From Gemmatimonadales bacterium (GTDB taxonomy: Bacteria; Gemmatimonadota; Gemmatimonadetes; Gemmatimonadales; GWC2-71-9), in NCBI GenBank assembly GCA_039794085.1, contig JBDIWC010000037.1:1-39983 (forward strand): DNA of 39,983 bases, written 5' to 3'. Position 1 is the stretch's first letter, and each line of letters begins with the position of its first letter. Both the position numbers and the translations under genes were made by a program. The notes under the pieces are model-generated. The model was not told the origin of the DNA. It saw only the letters and a program-made list of their open reading frames with translations, and made no database searches. Positions 25,729 through 35,775 of this stretch are shown here, piece after piece.

Positions 25729-27461
25729 TGACTCGCCCCTCCGGCCGACAACATGGCTTCCCGGATCGACTTGAACTCGGTCCCCGGCTTCCAGGCGGGC
25801 CACACCGCGGCATTCGCCACCCGGTATCCCACCGAGAGCAGGAGGCCGAGATCCTGCACGGCGCCGGAGAGATCCCACTCCGGCTTCACCTCATCCGAGG
25901 GCTTGTGATAGTCGGTGGCGGTGTACTCCTCGCGCTTCGTGGCTCCATACCCCTCGGGCTTGCCGATGAACTCCGTACCCGCGTCGGTGTAGAGCGCCGG
26001 GACCCCCTTCTTGGCAAACTCGAAGTGGTCGCTGCGGTAGAAAAATCCCTTCTCGGGTTCCGGATCGGCCACCAGCACGCGACCCCGGGTTGCCGCCGCC
26101 TCGGCGAGCACGTCATCCAACGTGGAGTTGCCCAGACCGACCACCACGATGTCGCGGGTCGGCCCCCACTGGTTGAGGCCATCCATGTTGATGTTGGCCA
26201 CGGTCTTGTTCAGTGGATAGAGCGGGTTCTCGGCGTAGTATTTGGCGCCGAGCAGACCCGACTCCTCGGCGGTCACGGCGAGGAAGAGAAGGGTGCGGGC
26301 CGGGGGAGTCTCCAGAGCGGTGAACGCCTGGGCCAGTTGCACGAGCCCCGCGGTGCCGGTGGCGTTGTCGAGGGCTCCGTTGAAGATCCGGTCCCCGTCT
26401 CCCTCGTCGGCGGTGCCGAGATGATCCCAGTGGGCGGTGTAGATCACGTACTCGCCGCGAAGGGCGGGGTCGCTCCCTTCCAGCTTCGCCACCACGTTCC
26501 GGGACTCGATGTCGCGGAAGGTGTTGCTGATGTCGAAGGAGGCCGTGGCCCCGCCGAGCGGTACCGGACGGAAGTCGCGGGTCCGGGCCAGGGCCTTGAG
26601 GGAATCGAGGTTGAGGCCCGCACCGGTGAAGAGGGAATTGGCCACGTCGGAGTGGATCCATGACTCGACGGCCACCCGGCCCGCGTTGCCGTCGGCGCTC
26701 CGCACGTCGATGTTCTCCCGGGCGCCCCAGCTGCCCGACACCACTTCCCACGGGTAGCCGGCCGGGCCGGTCTCATGGATGATGATCGCCGCGGCGGCGC
26801 CCTTTTCGGTCGCGATCTCGTACTTGTAGGTCCAGCGCCCATAGTAGGTCATCGCGGCACCGCGGAACATCGCGGAGTCGAGGCGGGCGGGGTCGGCGGG
26901 ATCGGCCACGGCGGGATCGTTGACCAGCATCACGATGGTCTTTCCGCGCACGTCCACGTCCTTGTAGTCATCCCAGCCGTACTCCGGGGCCACAACCCCG
27001 TAACCCACGAACACGATCTCGCTGTTGGTCACCGTCACCCGCGGCTGGTTGCGGCGGGTCATCGCCACGTACTGCGCCGGGAATGCGGGCTGGATGGTCT
27101 GGTTCCCCACGCGGAAGGTCGCGGTCGGCTTCCCGCGCCACCCGACCATGGCCACGTTCTGGACCCAGCTCCCGTCGGGGTTGCCAGGGCTAAGGCCAAG
27201 GGCCTGGAACTCGCGGGTCAGGAAGGCCACGGCGCTGTCCTCTCCGGCGGTTCCGGGGGCGCGGCCGCCGTAGGCGTCGGAGCTCAGGGTCTCGATCCGG
27301 GACAGGAGCTGGTCGGCCCGGATCTCGGCGAGGGCCGGTTCCAGGGCGGACTCGGCGGAGTCGCCTGCGGGGGCGCAGGACGCGCCCACGGTGACGGCGG
27401 CGAACAGGAGAAAGAAGCGGCGCAGCGAGGAGACGGGGGAGATGGGGGACGGGCTGGACAC
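25725..27461 (-). CDS. M28 family peptidase with PA domain, lipoprotein
   Basis: [47 protein letters not shown]; lipobox GASC. Confidence 0.92.
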   Translation of the reverse strand: MSSPSPISPVSSLRRFFLLFAAVTVGASCAPAGDSAESALEPALAEIRADQLLSRIETLSSDAYGGRAPGTAGEDSAVAFLTREFQALGLSPGNPDGSWVQNVAMVGWRGKPTATFRVGNQTIQPAFPAQYVAMTRRNQPRVTVTNSEIVFVGYGVVAPEYGWDDYKDVDVRGKTIVMLVNDPAVADPADPARLDSAMFRGAAMTYYGRWTYKYEIATEKGAAAAIIIHETGPAGYPWEVVSGSWGARENIDVRSADGNAGRVAVESWIHSDVANSLFTGAGLNLDSLKALARTRDFRPVPLGGATASFDISNTFRDIESRNVVAKLEGSDPALRGEYVIYTAHWDHLGTADEGDGDRIFNGALDNATGTAGLVQLAQAFTALETPPARTLLFLAVTAEESGLLGAKYYAENPLYPLNKTVANINMDGLNQWGPTRDIVVVGLGNSTLDDVLAEAAATRGRVLVADPEPEKGFFYRSDHFEFAKKGVPALYTDAGTEFIGKPEGYGATKREEYTATDYHKPSDEVKPEWDLSGAVQDLGLLLSVGYRVANAAVWPAWKPGTEFKSIREAMLSAGGASQ

Positions 27462-27575
27462 GGTTGCTCCTTGGGAAAAACCGGTGGGGGACGGGGGACC
27501 TGATGGAATCTATATCACCTTCGTGTCTTCGTGTCTTCGTGTGAGATCATGAACAACCGCCGGCAACGCGCACCG

Positions 27576-27677
27576 CTACCTCCGCTGGAGGCGCTTGATG
27601 ATCGCGGCCACGCCGAGGAGGGCGAGGAGGAAGACGAGAACGGTCCAGGGGCCGAGGGTGTTCATGAGGTTCTGCAT
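27576..27677 (-). CDS. 33-aa single-TM small protein (below the ORF-track cutoff)
   Basis: MQNLMNTLGPWTVLVFLLALLGVAAIIKRLQRR*; C/G-ending codons, hydrophobic core and basic tail. Confidence 0.6.
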   Translation of the reverse strand: MQNLMNTLGPWTVLVFLLALLGVAAIIKRLQRR

Positions 27678-27718
27678 GGAATCTGGTTTCGCTCTCTGGC
27701 AAGGGTGTTCGGGGAAAC

Positions 27719-30700
27719 TTAATGCCTCAGGGTCGTTCCCCGCTCTCCGTTCGGACGGAGTTCGTCCGAGGACTCGGGTTCCACCCGCACCGTGATGGAT
27801 GTCAACGCCAGAACCGCCGGGACAATCCCGATCTCAGAAGCCCAATCGGGCCGGAGAAATCCCCGTGCGTGGCCCGCGGCAATGCTGTCTCGGGACAAGT
27901 CGGCAAGATCATTGCCATCCCCCCAGATCGGCTCTCCGATTTTCCAGTTCGTGCCGGAGGCGATCCACCGTCCATCCGGTTCTGCTGCGAACGCGAAGAG
28001 GAGATGGTACTCACCCGGTGCCTGAGGACCCTCGATGACCACGGGCTGCCGCAACCCTGCTCCGGCGGTTGGCGTTGACACGGCGGCCAGTGTCACGAAC
28101 GAACTCTCCTTGGCTCCCCAGGTGGGCACCGCCACCAGGATGACGGAAGAGGCCGCCCAGAACGCATCATATCGGAAGAACAACTCCCCGGTGACCTGCT
28201 CTCCCTGGCGAAGGATCACGACCGGCGACTCGGGGGAGAGGATCTGCCCGTTCAACACACCCCGCTCCAGGTGGAGCGCGGCGGCCTCCATGGGTCGGAG
28301 GGTGTGCCGGAGGGGTGGAAGCCCCTTGGCAGTGAACCGAAGTGTCTGTCCCGACGCAGTGCCGTCTCGAAATGTCACCCGGTCGAAGGTGGCATGACCC
28401 TCAACCAGCTTCGCCACGGTTGTCCCCACCAACCCGTTCGGATCACCCTCCATCTCCATGGTCACGAACTCGCCTCCCTTTCTGACCCGGCGACCACTCC
28501 GATCCCGGATCTCCACCACGGGAATCGGAACCAGGCCCTTGTCATTGCCGGCCAGGGGTTGCTGAACCAGGGCCAGGCTCGCAGGAAGGAAGCCACTCCT
28601 CGTGTCCCAGGCGATGAGTCCCGTCACAATCATCATCACAGCGATTCCAGCAGCCCACCGCCGGGCCTGGGTCCCGAACCCGAGCCTCCGCGACAGATCC
28701 CGGCTTCGGAGTACCCTCCTCAAACGGGGTCGCGTGGCCAGTGCCCCGAGGAGGTCATGCGCGAGTTCGAGATCTGTCCGGCGATCCTGCTGGTGATGGG
28801 CCGCGTGGATCCAACGACGGTAGACCGGGCCCAGGGCCGCTTCGTCGCCACCGGCAATCAGCAGGCGCACGGCCTGCCGAAGATCGAAGAGGGTGACATC
28901 CTCGGCGGTGGCCAACCCCATCCCCGCATCTCGCTCCAGGACGTGGCGCTCCTCCGCGCTCAACCGCTCGAGCAACACACGGGTCATTTCATCATGCGTG
29001 AGATGCCATCGTCCGTCGGCGGTGAACACAAAACCACCCGCATCCAACACCCCGAGAAGGTGCTCCATCCGGTCCGCCGGCAAACGCACCCCGCGGACAA
29101 GGGCACCCCGGGACAGCGACCCACCCGCCACCGCCAGCAGCGACATCACGCGCTGCGCATCCGCCCCGAGCTCTCCCACTCGAATGGTCAGGGCCCCGCC
29201 CTCGGCGAGGAGGCCCACTGCATCCGGAGCGGCGCATGACCAGCCCATGTCCCCGATTCCGAGCACCCCCCTGTCCAGCGCCAGCCGGAGGCTCTCGAGC
29301 ACGAGGTGCGGTGATCCTCCCGTCGTCTCGTGAAGCTGCGTCACCAGAGTCCCCACCCAGTCCGACGATGGCAGAGGAGCCAGACTGGACATCAACTGCT
29401 CCATCTCCTCGATGGTGAGCGGGGCCAATCGCATGACGGTGGCATCGGCAGCCAGGCGCCCCTCGTCCCCGAACGGCCGACTCGCCGTGACGACCAGAAC
29501 CGGCTGACCGGTGATCCGTGCCAACAATCCGGTGAGAACCTGGAATGACTCCCCGTCCATCCAGTGAACATCGTCCAGAAGGAGAGCCAGCGGAGCCTCC
29601 TCAGTCACCGATTGCAGAAGGTCGGACAGGGCCAGCGTCCGTCGGCGTGGTACATCGACCTTGTCGGTCCGATCCGGAGTGATTCCGGGAGGAAGCCCGA
29701 TGGTCGGATCGAGTGCCGCGATGGTCTGGAGCGCCAAGGGCGAAACTCCCAGGGCCCCGGGAAGGGCCATGAGCATTCGGCTCACGGCAGCAGCCCAGGT
29801 ATAGGGGATCTGCCGTTCACCCGGGGCTGAGCGGAGGTAGAGCACAAATCCACCGCCGACAGCGCGGAGACGGCGCTCCAGGTCACGCAGCAGCCGGGTC
29901 TTTCCCAACCCGGCCGGTGCCCGGATGTGCATGTGTTGCGGCCCCCCATTCAACACCGACTGCCAGGCGCCCACCAGTTTTCGAAACTCCCTTTCGCGTC
30001 CCGTCAGTTCCGCCACGAGAGGGCGATGCCCGGTGGGATTGCTCGGCACAACCATCTCCCGGACGCGACGCAACTGAGCCGCGGATTCCGGCTCGAGGTC
30101 TTCTCCCTCATCCGCGAGCAGTCTTTCCAGTCCGTCCGCTTCCATCCTGGCGGTCCCGATGTCGTTCGCCGCCACCAGGCTGTCAATGAGCAATCGCCAT
30201 GCAACCTGGCTCGTCGGGTCCGCCTCGCGAACCTTCCGGGCCATCAGAACCGCCTCGCCCGCCCTTCCTGCATCCAGCGCTTCCCGTATCCGCCGCGAGA
30301 GCCCGCCGAGCCATCTCCCCCTCAGACGAGTCCGCATCTGATCGGCCCAGTGCTCGAACCTCACTCCCCCCGGCACGCCGAAGGTGGGGAGAAAATCACC
30401 CGGGTACCGCCGGGCTCCGTCATCAGGGCGCCCCTCCGCAAGCGCCCGTTCCACTTCCGCGTAGTCTACCGTGACCTGCGCGCACCAGGTCACGGATTCC
30501 GCGTCACCACTGATCACGTCGGCGCCACACCGGCGGCGAATCTGCCACAGGACCTGGCGCAGGGAGAGACGACCCTTTTCAACCGGAGAGTCACTCCACA
30601 GCAGATCCACCAGAGTTTCGCGATGGGCGGAATTGTCAGGTTGCAGACAGAGATAGATCACCAGCGCCAGCGGCTTTCCCGCCCCAAGGAGCAACTCCTC

Positions 30701-30814
30701 CTCACCTGTCGCGGACACCGAAGCAAGGCGTGGCGCCTTCCCCAACGTGATCAGGACGAGGACACCGGAACTCAACGCGACTCCGCTCCGTGGTCCTGTG
30801 GGCCCGTGAGGCAT
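27719..30814 (-). CDS. SARP-like wHTH/BTAD plus AAA ATPase regulator with TM helix and extracytoplasmic C-terminal domain
   Basis: GKPLALVIYL, RETLVDLLW..SLRQVLWQIR, Walker A APAGLGKTRL, Walker B LLLDDVHWMD, TGGSP; TM WAAGIAVMMIVTGLIAW; beta-rich tail. Confidence 0.85.
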   Translation of the reverse strand: MPHGPTGPRSGVALSSGVLVLITLGKAPRLASVSATGEEELLLGAGKPLALVIYLCLQPDNSAHRETLVDLLWSDSPVEKGRLSLRQVLWQIRRRCGADVISGDAESVTWCAQVTVDYAEVERALAEGRPDDGARRYPGDFLPTFGVPGGVRFEHWADQMRTRLRGRWLGGLSRRIREALDAGRAGEAVLMARKVREADPTSQVAWRLLIDSLVAANDIGTARMEADGLERLLADEGEDLEPESAAQLRRVREMVVPSNPTGHRPLVAELTGREREFRKLVGAWQSVLNGGPQHMHIRAPAGLGKTRLLRDLERRLRAVGGGFVLYLRSAPGERQIPYTWAAAVSRMLMALPGALGVSPLALQTIAALDPTIGLPPGITPDRTDKVDVPRRRTLALSDLLQSVTEEAPLALLLDDVHWMDGESFQVLTGLLARITGQPVLVVTASRPFGDEGRLAADATVMRLAPLTIEEMEQLMSSLAPLPSSDWVGTLVTQLHETTGGSPHLVLESLRLALDRGVLGIGDMGWSCAAPDAVGLLAEGGALTIRVGELGADAQRVMSLLAVAGGSLSRGALVRGVRLPADRMEHLLGVLDAGGFVFTADGRWHLTHDEMTRVLLERLSAEERHVLERDAGMGLATAEDVTLFDLRQAVRLLIAGGDEAALGPVYRRWIHAAHHQQDRRTDLELAHDLLGALATRPRLRRVLRSRDLSRRLGFGTQARRWAAGIAVMMIVTGLIAWDTRSGFLPASLALVQQPLAGNDKGLVPIPVVEIRDRSGRRVRKGGEFVTMEMEGDPNGLVGTTVAKLVEGHATFDRVTFRDGTASGQTLRFTAKGLPPLRHTLRPMEAAALHLERGVLNGQILSPESPVVILRQGEQVTGELFFRYDAFWAASSVILVAVPTWGAKESSFVTLAAVSTPTAGAGLRQPVVIEGPQAPGEYHLLFAFAAEPDGRWIASGTNWKIGEPIWGDGNDLADLSRDSIAAGHARGFLRPDWASEIGIVPAVLALTSITVRVEPESSDELRPNGERGTTLRH

Positions 30815-30898
30815 GGATCTCCTGGTCTCGATCTCGTGTCCGGCAACCCAACCCGCAAGTGCTTGCAGGTATGGTGTTTGCCCGCGACGACTCGCACC

Positions 30899-30927
30899 CT
30901 TAACGGGATGTTAACGCCGGCGTGACA
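30899..30927 (+). promoter_or_regulatory. 11-bp-period direct repeats, candidate SARP-type binding site
   Basis: TTAACG (30900), TTAACG (30911) and GTGACA (30922) in the divergent intergenic region. Confidence 0.5.
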
Positions 30928-31004
30928 GATTGCGCAACGTCACCCGGTGCTCCCACCGGAGGCAAGCCTGCCCCTGTGACGCGTTCAGCCAACCGGAGGA
31001 GTCC

Positions 31005-32180
31005 ATGTCCCGCACGCAGTTGATCATGCCGCTTCTTTCCCTTTCCCTGGCAGGGCTGCTCGGGTGTGATGCCACCGAGCCAAGCTCCGAGACTCCGGCA
31101 CCGCCCCCTCCGTCGCTGGCCCGTGGCATCAAGCCCGTTCTCTCGCCCTGGCGTGGATCGGTGGAGGACGGCGGGGTGTGGAGCTTCCTGGGCACCACCA
31201 CGCTCACCATCAACCTTCCCGGCCGCCAGCTGGTGACGAGGGGATGTCCCGCGCCCGGCCTGTGTGGGGGAATCATCGGGAGTTCATCCTTCTCCGGCGC
31301 CTTCGTGCACATCGCGGTGATGGACGAGTACTCGCGTGGCGCGTCGCGTATCGTCTTTGGGATCGCCACGGGAGACGCCAGCACGTTCGAAGCCGCCATC
31401 ATCGAGGATCAGAACGCCTGGCGCGCCTTTCTCCAATCCCAGTCGGGAGTGTCCACCGGGGCCGTCGCCGCGAACATCCGCTCCTTTGTCTCGACTCAGG
31501 CGAACGTTGTCCGTGGCCTCACGCGGCTAAGCCCATTTATTGCGCTACCTCCCGATATCACATCTGGATTGAGAGCCTACTATCCCTTTTCTGGTAACGC
31601 CCAAGACGCCAGTGGAAACGGCGAGCACGGCATTCCTGCAAGCGGCGCAGTCCTCTCCGCAGACCGCTTCGGCAACCCGGCATCGGCGTACTCATTCTCG
31701 GGAAATCTCGGCTTCATCAATATCGGTCAAGTGCATCTGACCAGCGCATTCACTCTTTCGGCGTGGATACGTCCTGACCAGCAACTCGTTGGCGGTGTCA
31801 TATCGAAATTCGCGACGGGCGGTGGGCAGGGATATGAACTACTGTACGCCGGCGAGCAACAGCAGCACTGCATGCGGCTCCACACGAGCGGCCTGCGAGG
31901 AACCGTTGGTTTCGATTGCGGAGTCGCCCTCGCACTCGGTCGTTGGTACCACGTTACCGGTACTTACGACGGCTCCAGCGTAGGTCGCCTGTATCTCGAC
32001 GGTGAGCTTGCTGGGGAATTTTCCGGCCTGTTGCCCGATCTCGCTGGCGGTCCGGCGACGTTGATCGGAAGGTCAGCTTGGGGTGCCCAGACGTTTCCTG
32101 GTGCCATAGACGAGGTGCGCATCTATGATCGTGCGCTGACACCGGAGCAGGTAGCCTATCTTCGATCTGTCTTCGAATAG
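31005..32180 (+). CDS. Lipoprotein with C-terminal LamG/concanavalin-like domain
   Basis: GGAGGAG RBS; lipobox LLGC; GLRAYYPFSGNAQDASGN, DRFGNP, FTLSAWI, WYHVTGTYDG, GAIDEVRIYDRAL. Confidence 0.88.
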   Translation: MSRTQLIMPLLSLSLAGLLGCDATEPSSETPAPPPPSLARGIKPVLSPWRGSVEDGGVWSFLGTTTLTINLPGRQLVTRGCPAPGLCGGIIGSSSFSGAFVHIAVMDEYSRGASRIVFGIATGDASTFEAAIIEDQNAWRAFLQSQSGVSTGAVAANIRSFVSTQANVVRGLTRLSPFIALPPDITSGLRAYYPFSGNAQDASGNGEHGIPASGAVLSADRFGNPASAYSFSGNLGFINIGQVHLTSAFTLSAWIRPDQQLVGGVISKFATGGGQGYELLYAGEQQQHCMRLHTSGLRGTVGFDCGVALALGRWYHVTGTYDGSSVGRLYLDGELAGEFSGLLPDLAGGPATLIGRSAWGAQTFPGAIDEVRIYDRALTPEQVAYLRSVFE

Positions 32181-32433
32181 GGAGAGTCACACCGAAGGTC
32201 AGGTGCAGGTATGTGGAAGTCCTGCTTCGGCTGACACACTATTCTGAGGCTCTGCTGACCGCCTTGTTGATCCGCCTCGTCCGGGACAGCGCGCGAACGA
32301 TGCGACTGCCTCCGGATGGGGTCACCGCAGTGCGGCTATGCGAGGGTAGGAGTGGCCCCCTCATGTTCGCCCGACTGAGCAGCAGCGCCCGGTCAAGGGA
32401 GTGTCCCCAGTGCCCCGAAGGAGGAGTGTCCTG

Positions 32434-32670
32434 ATGACGATCATCATTGCGTCCCTGGTCGCGCTGGCGGTGGGAGTCATCATGGTGTCCACTGCGGCCT
32501 ACAGGTACATCACCTTCATTGCCCAGATGGAACGCGACTGGATGAAGGTCATGCCGCCGGGAAGCGTCACCCCGCCGGATGTTGCCACCCGCTCCGAGTC
32601 ACGGGGCGCAATCACTCTCGGAGCGAATACCGAGCACCCACTGCAGGTGGAGGAGACCTGGACCACCTGA
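32434..32670 (+). CDS. Small membrane-anchored hypothetical protein (78 aa)
   Basis: AGGAGGAG RBS; N-terminal hydrophobic helix. Confidence 0.6.
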   Translation: MTIIIASLVALAVGVIMVSTAAYRYITFIAQMERDWMKVMPPGSVTPPDVATRSESRGAITLGANTEHPLQVEETWTT

Positions 32671-33312
32671 CACACCGCCTGAGTCGGGTGGTTCATGTCA
32701 TCGTGCGAACACACGAGCGCACCCAAAAACCGCCACGCAGGTGCCAGTAGCGCGGCATCCCCGCGGGGCCATCCCTGCGAGCGCCGGAGTCACCTGAGGA
32801 TCGCGCCCACGGCGATGAGGCCCAGGCCCCGAAACCGGGTGAGCCTCTGCTCAACCCGAGCTACCGCGCCGCGGCGACGGCCTCCGCGATCTCCAGGCGG
32901 AGCAGCTCCGTGGCCTCGGTATTGGAGGAGAGATGCCGCGCGACATCCTCCTGCCGCTCGATCACCGCGGTGTTGGGGCACGCGGCCATCCGTACCGCCC
33001 GGCGCCGTGCCGCAGACAGGGCCGTGGACCTCGAGCGCCCGCCTGGGTCCGATCTTCCTCCCATGACGTCATCTCCCGTTCAGCATCGAGGCCATGGCCA
33101 GGCCGGAAACCTGCGAACCGTTCCAGTAGACGGTCGCGAGCATTGAATTTCCCAGAACGGGGAGAATGGTCGCGTGCGGAGGGAGGGTGGCACGAGAGCG
33201 TGGACCACTGCAGGTGAATCGCGGGAGGAGATCTCGCACCGGGAGTGGGCGATGGGTCCGGGTTCCGCACCCTTGCACCAACGTGCCCTGACGGGTAGCC
33301 GGCTCCCCTCCC

Positions 33313-35097
33313 CTACGGCTTTGCCGCCCGTCCTCCCCGCTTCCGCTGATGCCGCGGCGGGCCCGTGGGCTTCGGGAGAGGCAACTCCGCATCCGCCTGA
33401 CGCAGCGTGCGGATCGCCAACCGGTCGCTCGCGAGCCGCTCCGACGCCGAGGCCACATCGAGGTCCAGAAGGGCGATTTCCGCCTTCCGGATCTCCATCT
33501 CGGTCGTGATCGCCCTCAGACGCGCGGCCGCCTCCGCCTGGGCGCTCTCGAGCCTCACCCGTGCGATCTCCCTGGCCTTCGCCGTCTGCTCCCTCTCGGT
33601 TCGCTCCGCCTGTTCCCGTTCCCAGCGGGCGACACCCATGAGCACCTGACCCTGAGCGGTAAAGACATCCGTCAGGGTCACGCCGGACTCCGACAGGGTC
33701 AGCTCCCGCACCTGGTTCGAGTGGCCCGACCCGCGCGACTTCACGATCGTCAGGGCGCGGTTGCGTTCTCCCTCGTGCACCACATAGGACACGTGGATCC
33801 AGGTGTCCGCGATCGTCGAGATTCCCGTCGCCGTCGCCTCACTGACATCGGGGCCGTCCAGCAGCGAGGTATTGACGACGGTGATGCCCTCCATTTTGAG
33901 ATAATCCAGGAACATCTGCGTCGCGTCGGCGGAGGCGACGTGAGCGAGCTTGCTCGACAGGGCCGACAGCGGGTCGATGACCAGGCATCTCGGCTTGTGC
34001 ACGCCGATCACCTTCCGGAGTTCACCGAACTGGTCCTCGATGTTGGGCCCCCGGGTGCGGGTCGAGTAGATCTTGAGCAGACCCGATTTCTGATGAGGCT
34101 CCAGAGGGATGCCCACCGACTTCAGGTTCCGGGCGATCTGGGTCGCCCCCTCATCGAAGTTCACGTACAGCGCCCGTTCGCCCCGCGCGCACGCCGCGGC
34201 GACGAAAAGCCCGGCCAGTGTCGACTTGGCCGTCCCGGGCGCACCGGATATCAGGATGTTGCTCCCGCGATAGTAGCCACCGTGAAGCATCGCGTCCAGG
34301 CGGGGCAGCCCGGAGGAGATCCGTTCACTCGTGACGGCGTACTGAAGCTCGACGGGACCGCGGTTGGTGACCCGGATCCCTCCCTCGGTAATGGTGATGG
34401 GGAACTCGTCGCCGAGGAAGCCTGATCCCCGGTACTTCATGACCCGCAGGTTGCGGAAGCTCGATCCCGCCACGACCTGGTGGCCCAGATTGACCACGCA
34501 ATCGGCCATGAATTGCATGAAGTCGTAGTGCTGCCCGCTGTGGTTGCCGTCCGCGCCGACCTTCTGGGTGATCATGGCCGTGAAGGCGTTCCGGGTGAGC
34601 CAATCGCGGACGCGGTAGATCTCCCGACGCTCCGCGACCGGGTTGTCGAGCAGGCGCAGCAGCACGTCAATCCCGTCCAGGACGATGTGCCTGGCGCCGG
34701 CTTCCTCACTGATGGCCTGGAGCACGTTGAGCAGGCGCGTCACGTCGAACTCTCCGCCCTGCATCATCTCGGGCGACAGGCTCGCATCCAGAAAGAAGAG
34801 ATTTCTCGCGGCGAGGTCCGGAATGTCCCAGCCGAGGGTCGCCGCATTGGCCACGATCTGGTTGGCGTTCTCCTCGAAGGCCACGAGGATCCCGGGCTCC
34901 TGGCGGTCCCGGGCGCCGTTGATCAACGCCTGCAACGCGAACACCGTCTTCCCGCATCCCGGGCCGCCCCGGACCAGGGTGGTCCGACCGAGGGGCAGTC
35001 CCCCATAGGTGATCTCGTCGAACCCCGTGATGCCGGTGGGCACCTTGGCCAATGGCCTGTGGGGCATGGGGGGGGACACTTTCGGATCTCTCTTCAT
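33313..35097 (-). CDS. kaiC: Double-domain KaiC-family ATPase/kinase
   Basis: KVPTGITGFDEI, CI Walker A GGPGCGKT and FEE, CII GAPGTAKST and FDE, GISTIADT (S/T phosphosite pair), KSRGSGHSNQVRE, coiled-coil tail. Confidence 0.92.
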   Translation of the reverse strand: MKRDPKVSPPMPHRPLAKVPTGITGFDEITYGGLPLGRTTLVRGGPGCGKTVFALQALINGARDRQEPGILVAFEENANQIVANAATLGWDIPDLAARNLFFLDASLSPEMMQGGEFDVTRLLNVLQAISEEAGARHIVLDGIDVLLRLLDNPVAERREIYRVRDWLTRNAFTAMITQKVGADGNHSGQHYDFMQFMADCVVNLGHQVVAGSSFRNLRVMKYRGSGFLGDEFPITITEGGIRVTNRGPVELQYAVTSERISSGLPRLDAMLHGGYYRGSNILISGAPGTAKSTLAGLFVAAACARGERALYVNFDEGATQIARNLKSVGIPLEPHQKSGLLKIYSTRTRGPNIEDQFGELRKVIGVHKPRCLVIDPLSALSSKLAHVASADATQMFLDYLKMEGITVVNTSLLDGPDVSEATATGISTIADTWIHVSYVVHEGERNRALTIVKSRGSGHSNQVRELTLSESGVTLTDVFTAQGQVLMGVARWEREQAERTEREQTAKAREIARVRLESAQAEAAARLRAITTEMEIRKAEIALLDLDVASASERLASDRLAIRTLRQADAELPLPKPTGPPRHQRKRGGRAAKP

Positions 35098-35239
35098 GGA
35101 AGTCCTGGCACCAGCGAGACGGCAACGAGGCCCGAACGGGGCGGCAAGAGTTGTTGCGGCGCCCCGTACCGGGCGGGAGCATGAGGAAAGAGAGCCGGAA
35201 ATCCCGGCGGAGACAATCGATCCTTCGATGGAGGGAAAC

Positions 35240-35686
35240 TCACATTTCGTCCACCGTCACTCGTTCGAGACCGTGGGTCGTGAATTCCTCCCCATACCTC
35301 TGGCTCAGGTCTCCGATGAGAGTCCAATACTCCTCGGACCGGGGGGACTGATCCGCCAGATGGGGCGTCTGCGCTGCGATGTCCCTGTCGACCAGGCGCT
35401 GGATGAGTTCCTCCCAGAACGTCTCGTTGTCATACGCCTCGACGATCTCCCGGATGCCGGAGTCCTCATACTGACGCGTCGGGAAATGCATGCCACCTTC
35501 GCTGTCCCCCTCGATCAGGGACTCGCACCCCATCGCCTTGGCGAAGGAGTAGATCTTCTGCACCACGGCACGATGCGTCCGCTTCGCGGGATCGTCCCCC
35601 GGGTCGTTGGCGGTCAGCATCCATTCCCCCAGATAGACCAGATCCAGAAGGACCCGGTATTCGGCCTTCGTAATCGAAATATTCAT
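35240..35686 (-). CDS. Conserved acidic hypothetical protein
   Basis: MNISITKAEYRVLLDLVYLGEWML...YDNETFWEELIQRLVDRD; start at 35686 preferred over 35806. Confidence 0.7.
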   Translation of the reverse strand: MNISITKAEYRVLLDLVYLGEWMLTANDPGDDPAKRTHRAVVQKIYSFAKAMGCESLIEGDSEGGMHFPTRQYEDSGIREIVEAYDNETFWEELIQRLVDRDIAAQTPHLADQSPRSEEYWTLIGDLSQRYGEEFTTHGLERVTVDEM

Positions 35687-35775
35687 GTCGTGACAATCTT
35701 CCATGCGCAGGTGAACAGAGGGCACGCTCCGGCCCTGATACGTCGCAGTATACCGGAGGGCGGTGCTCAGGGGCC

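Noticed and set aside
32861..33064. 67-aa ORF downstream of kaiC as KaiB or a partner
   Set aside because: No KaiB thioredoxin-like motifs; at most a helical remnant, which cannot be supported from sequence alone.
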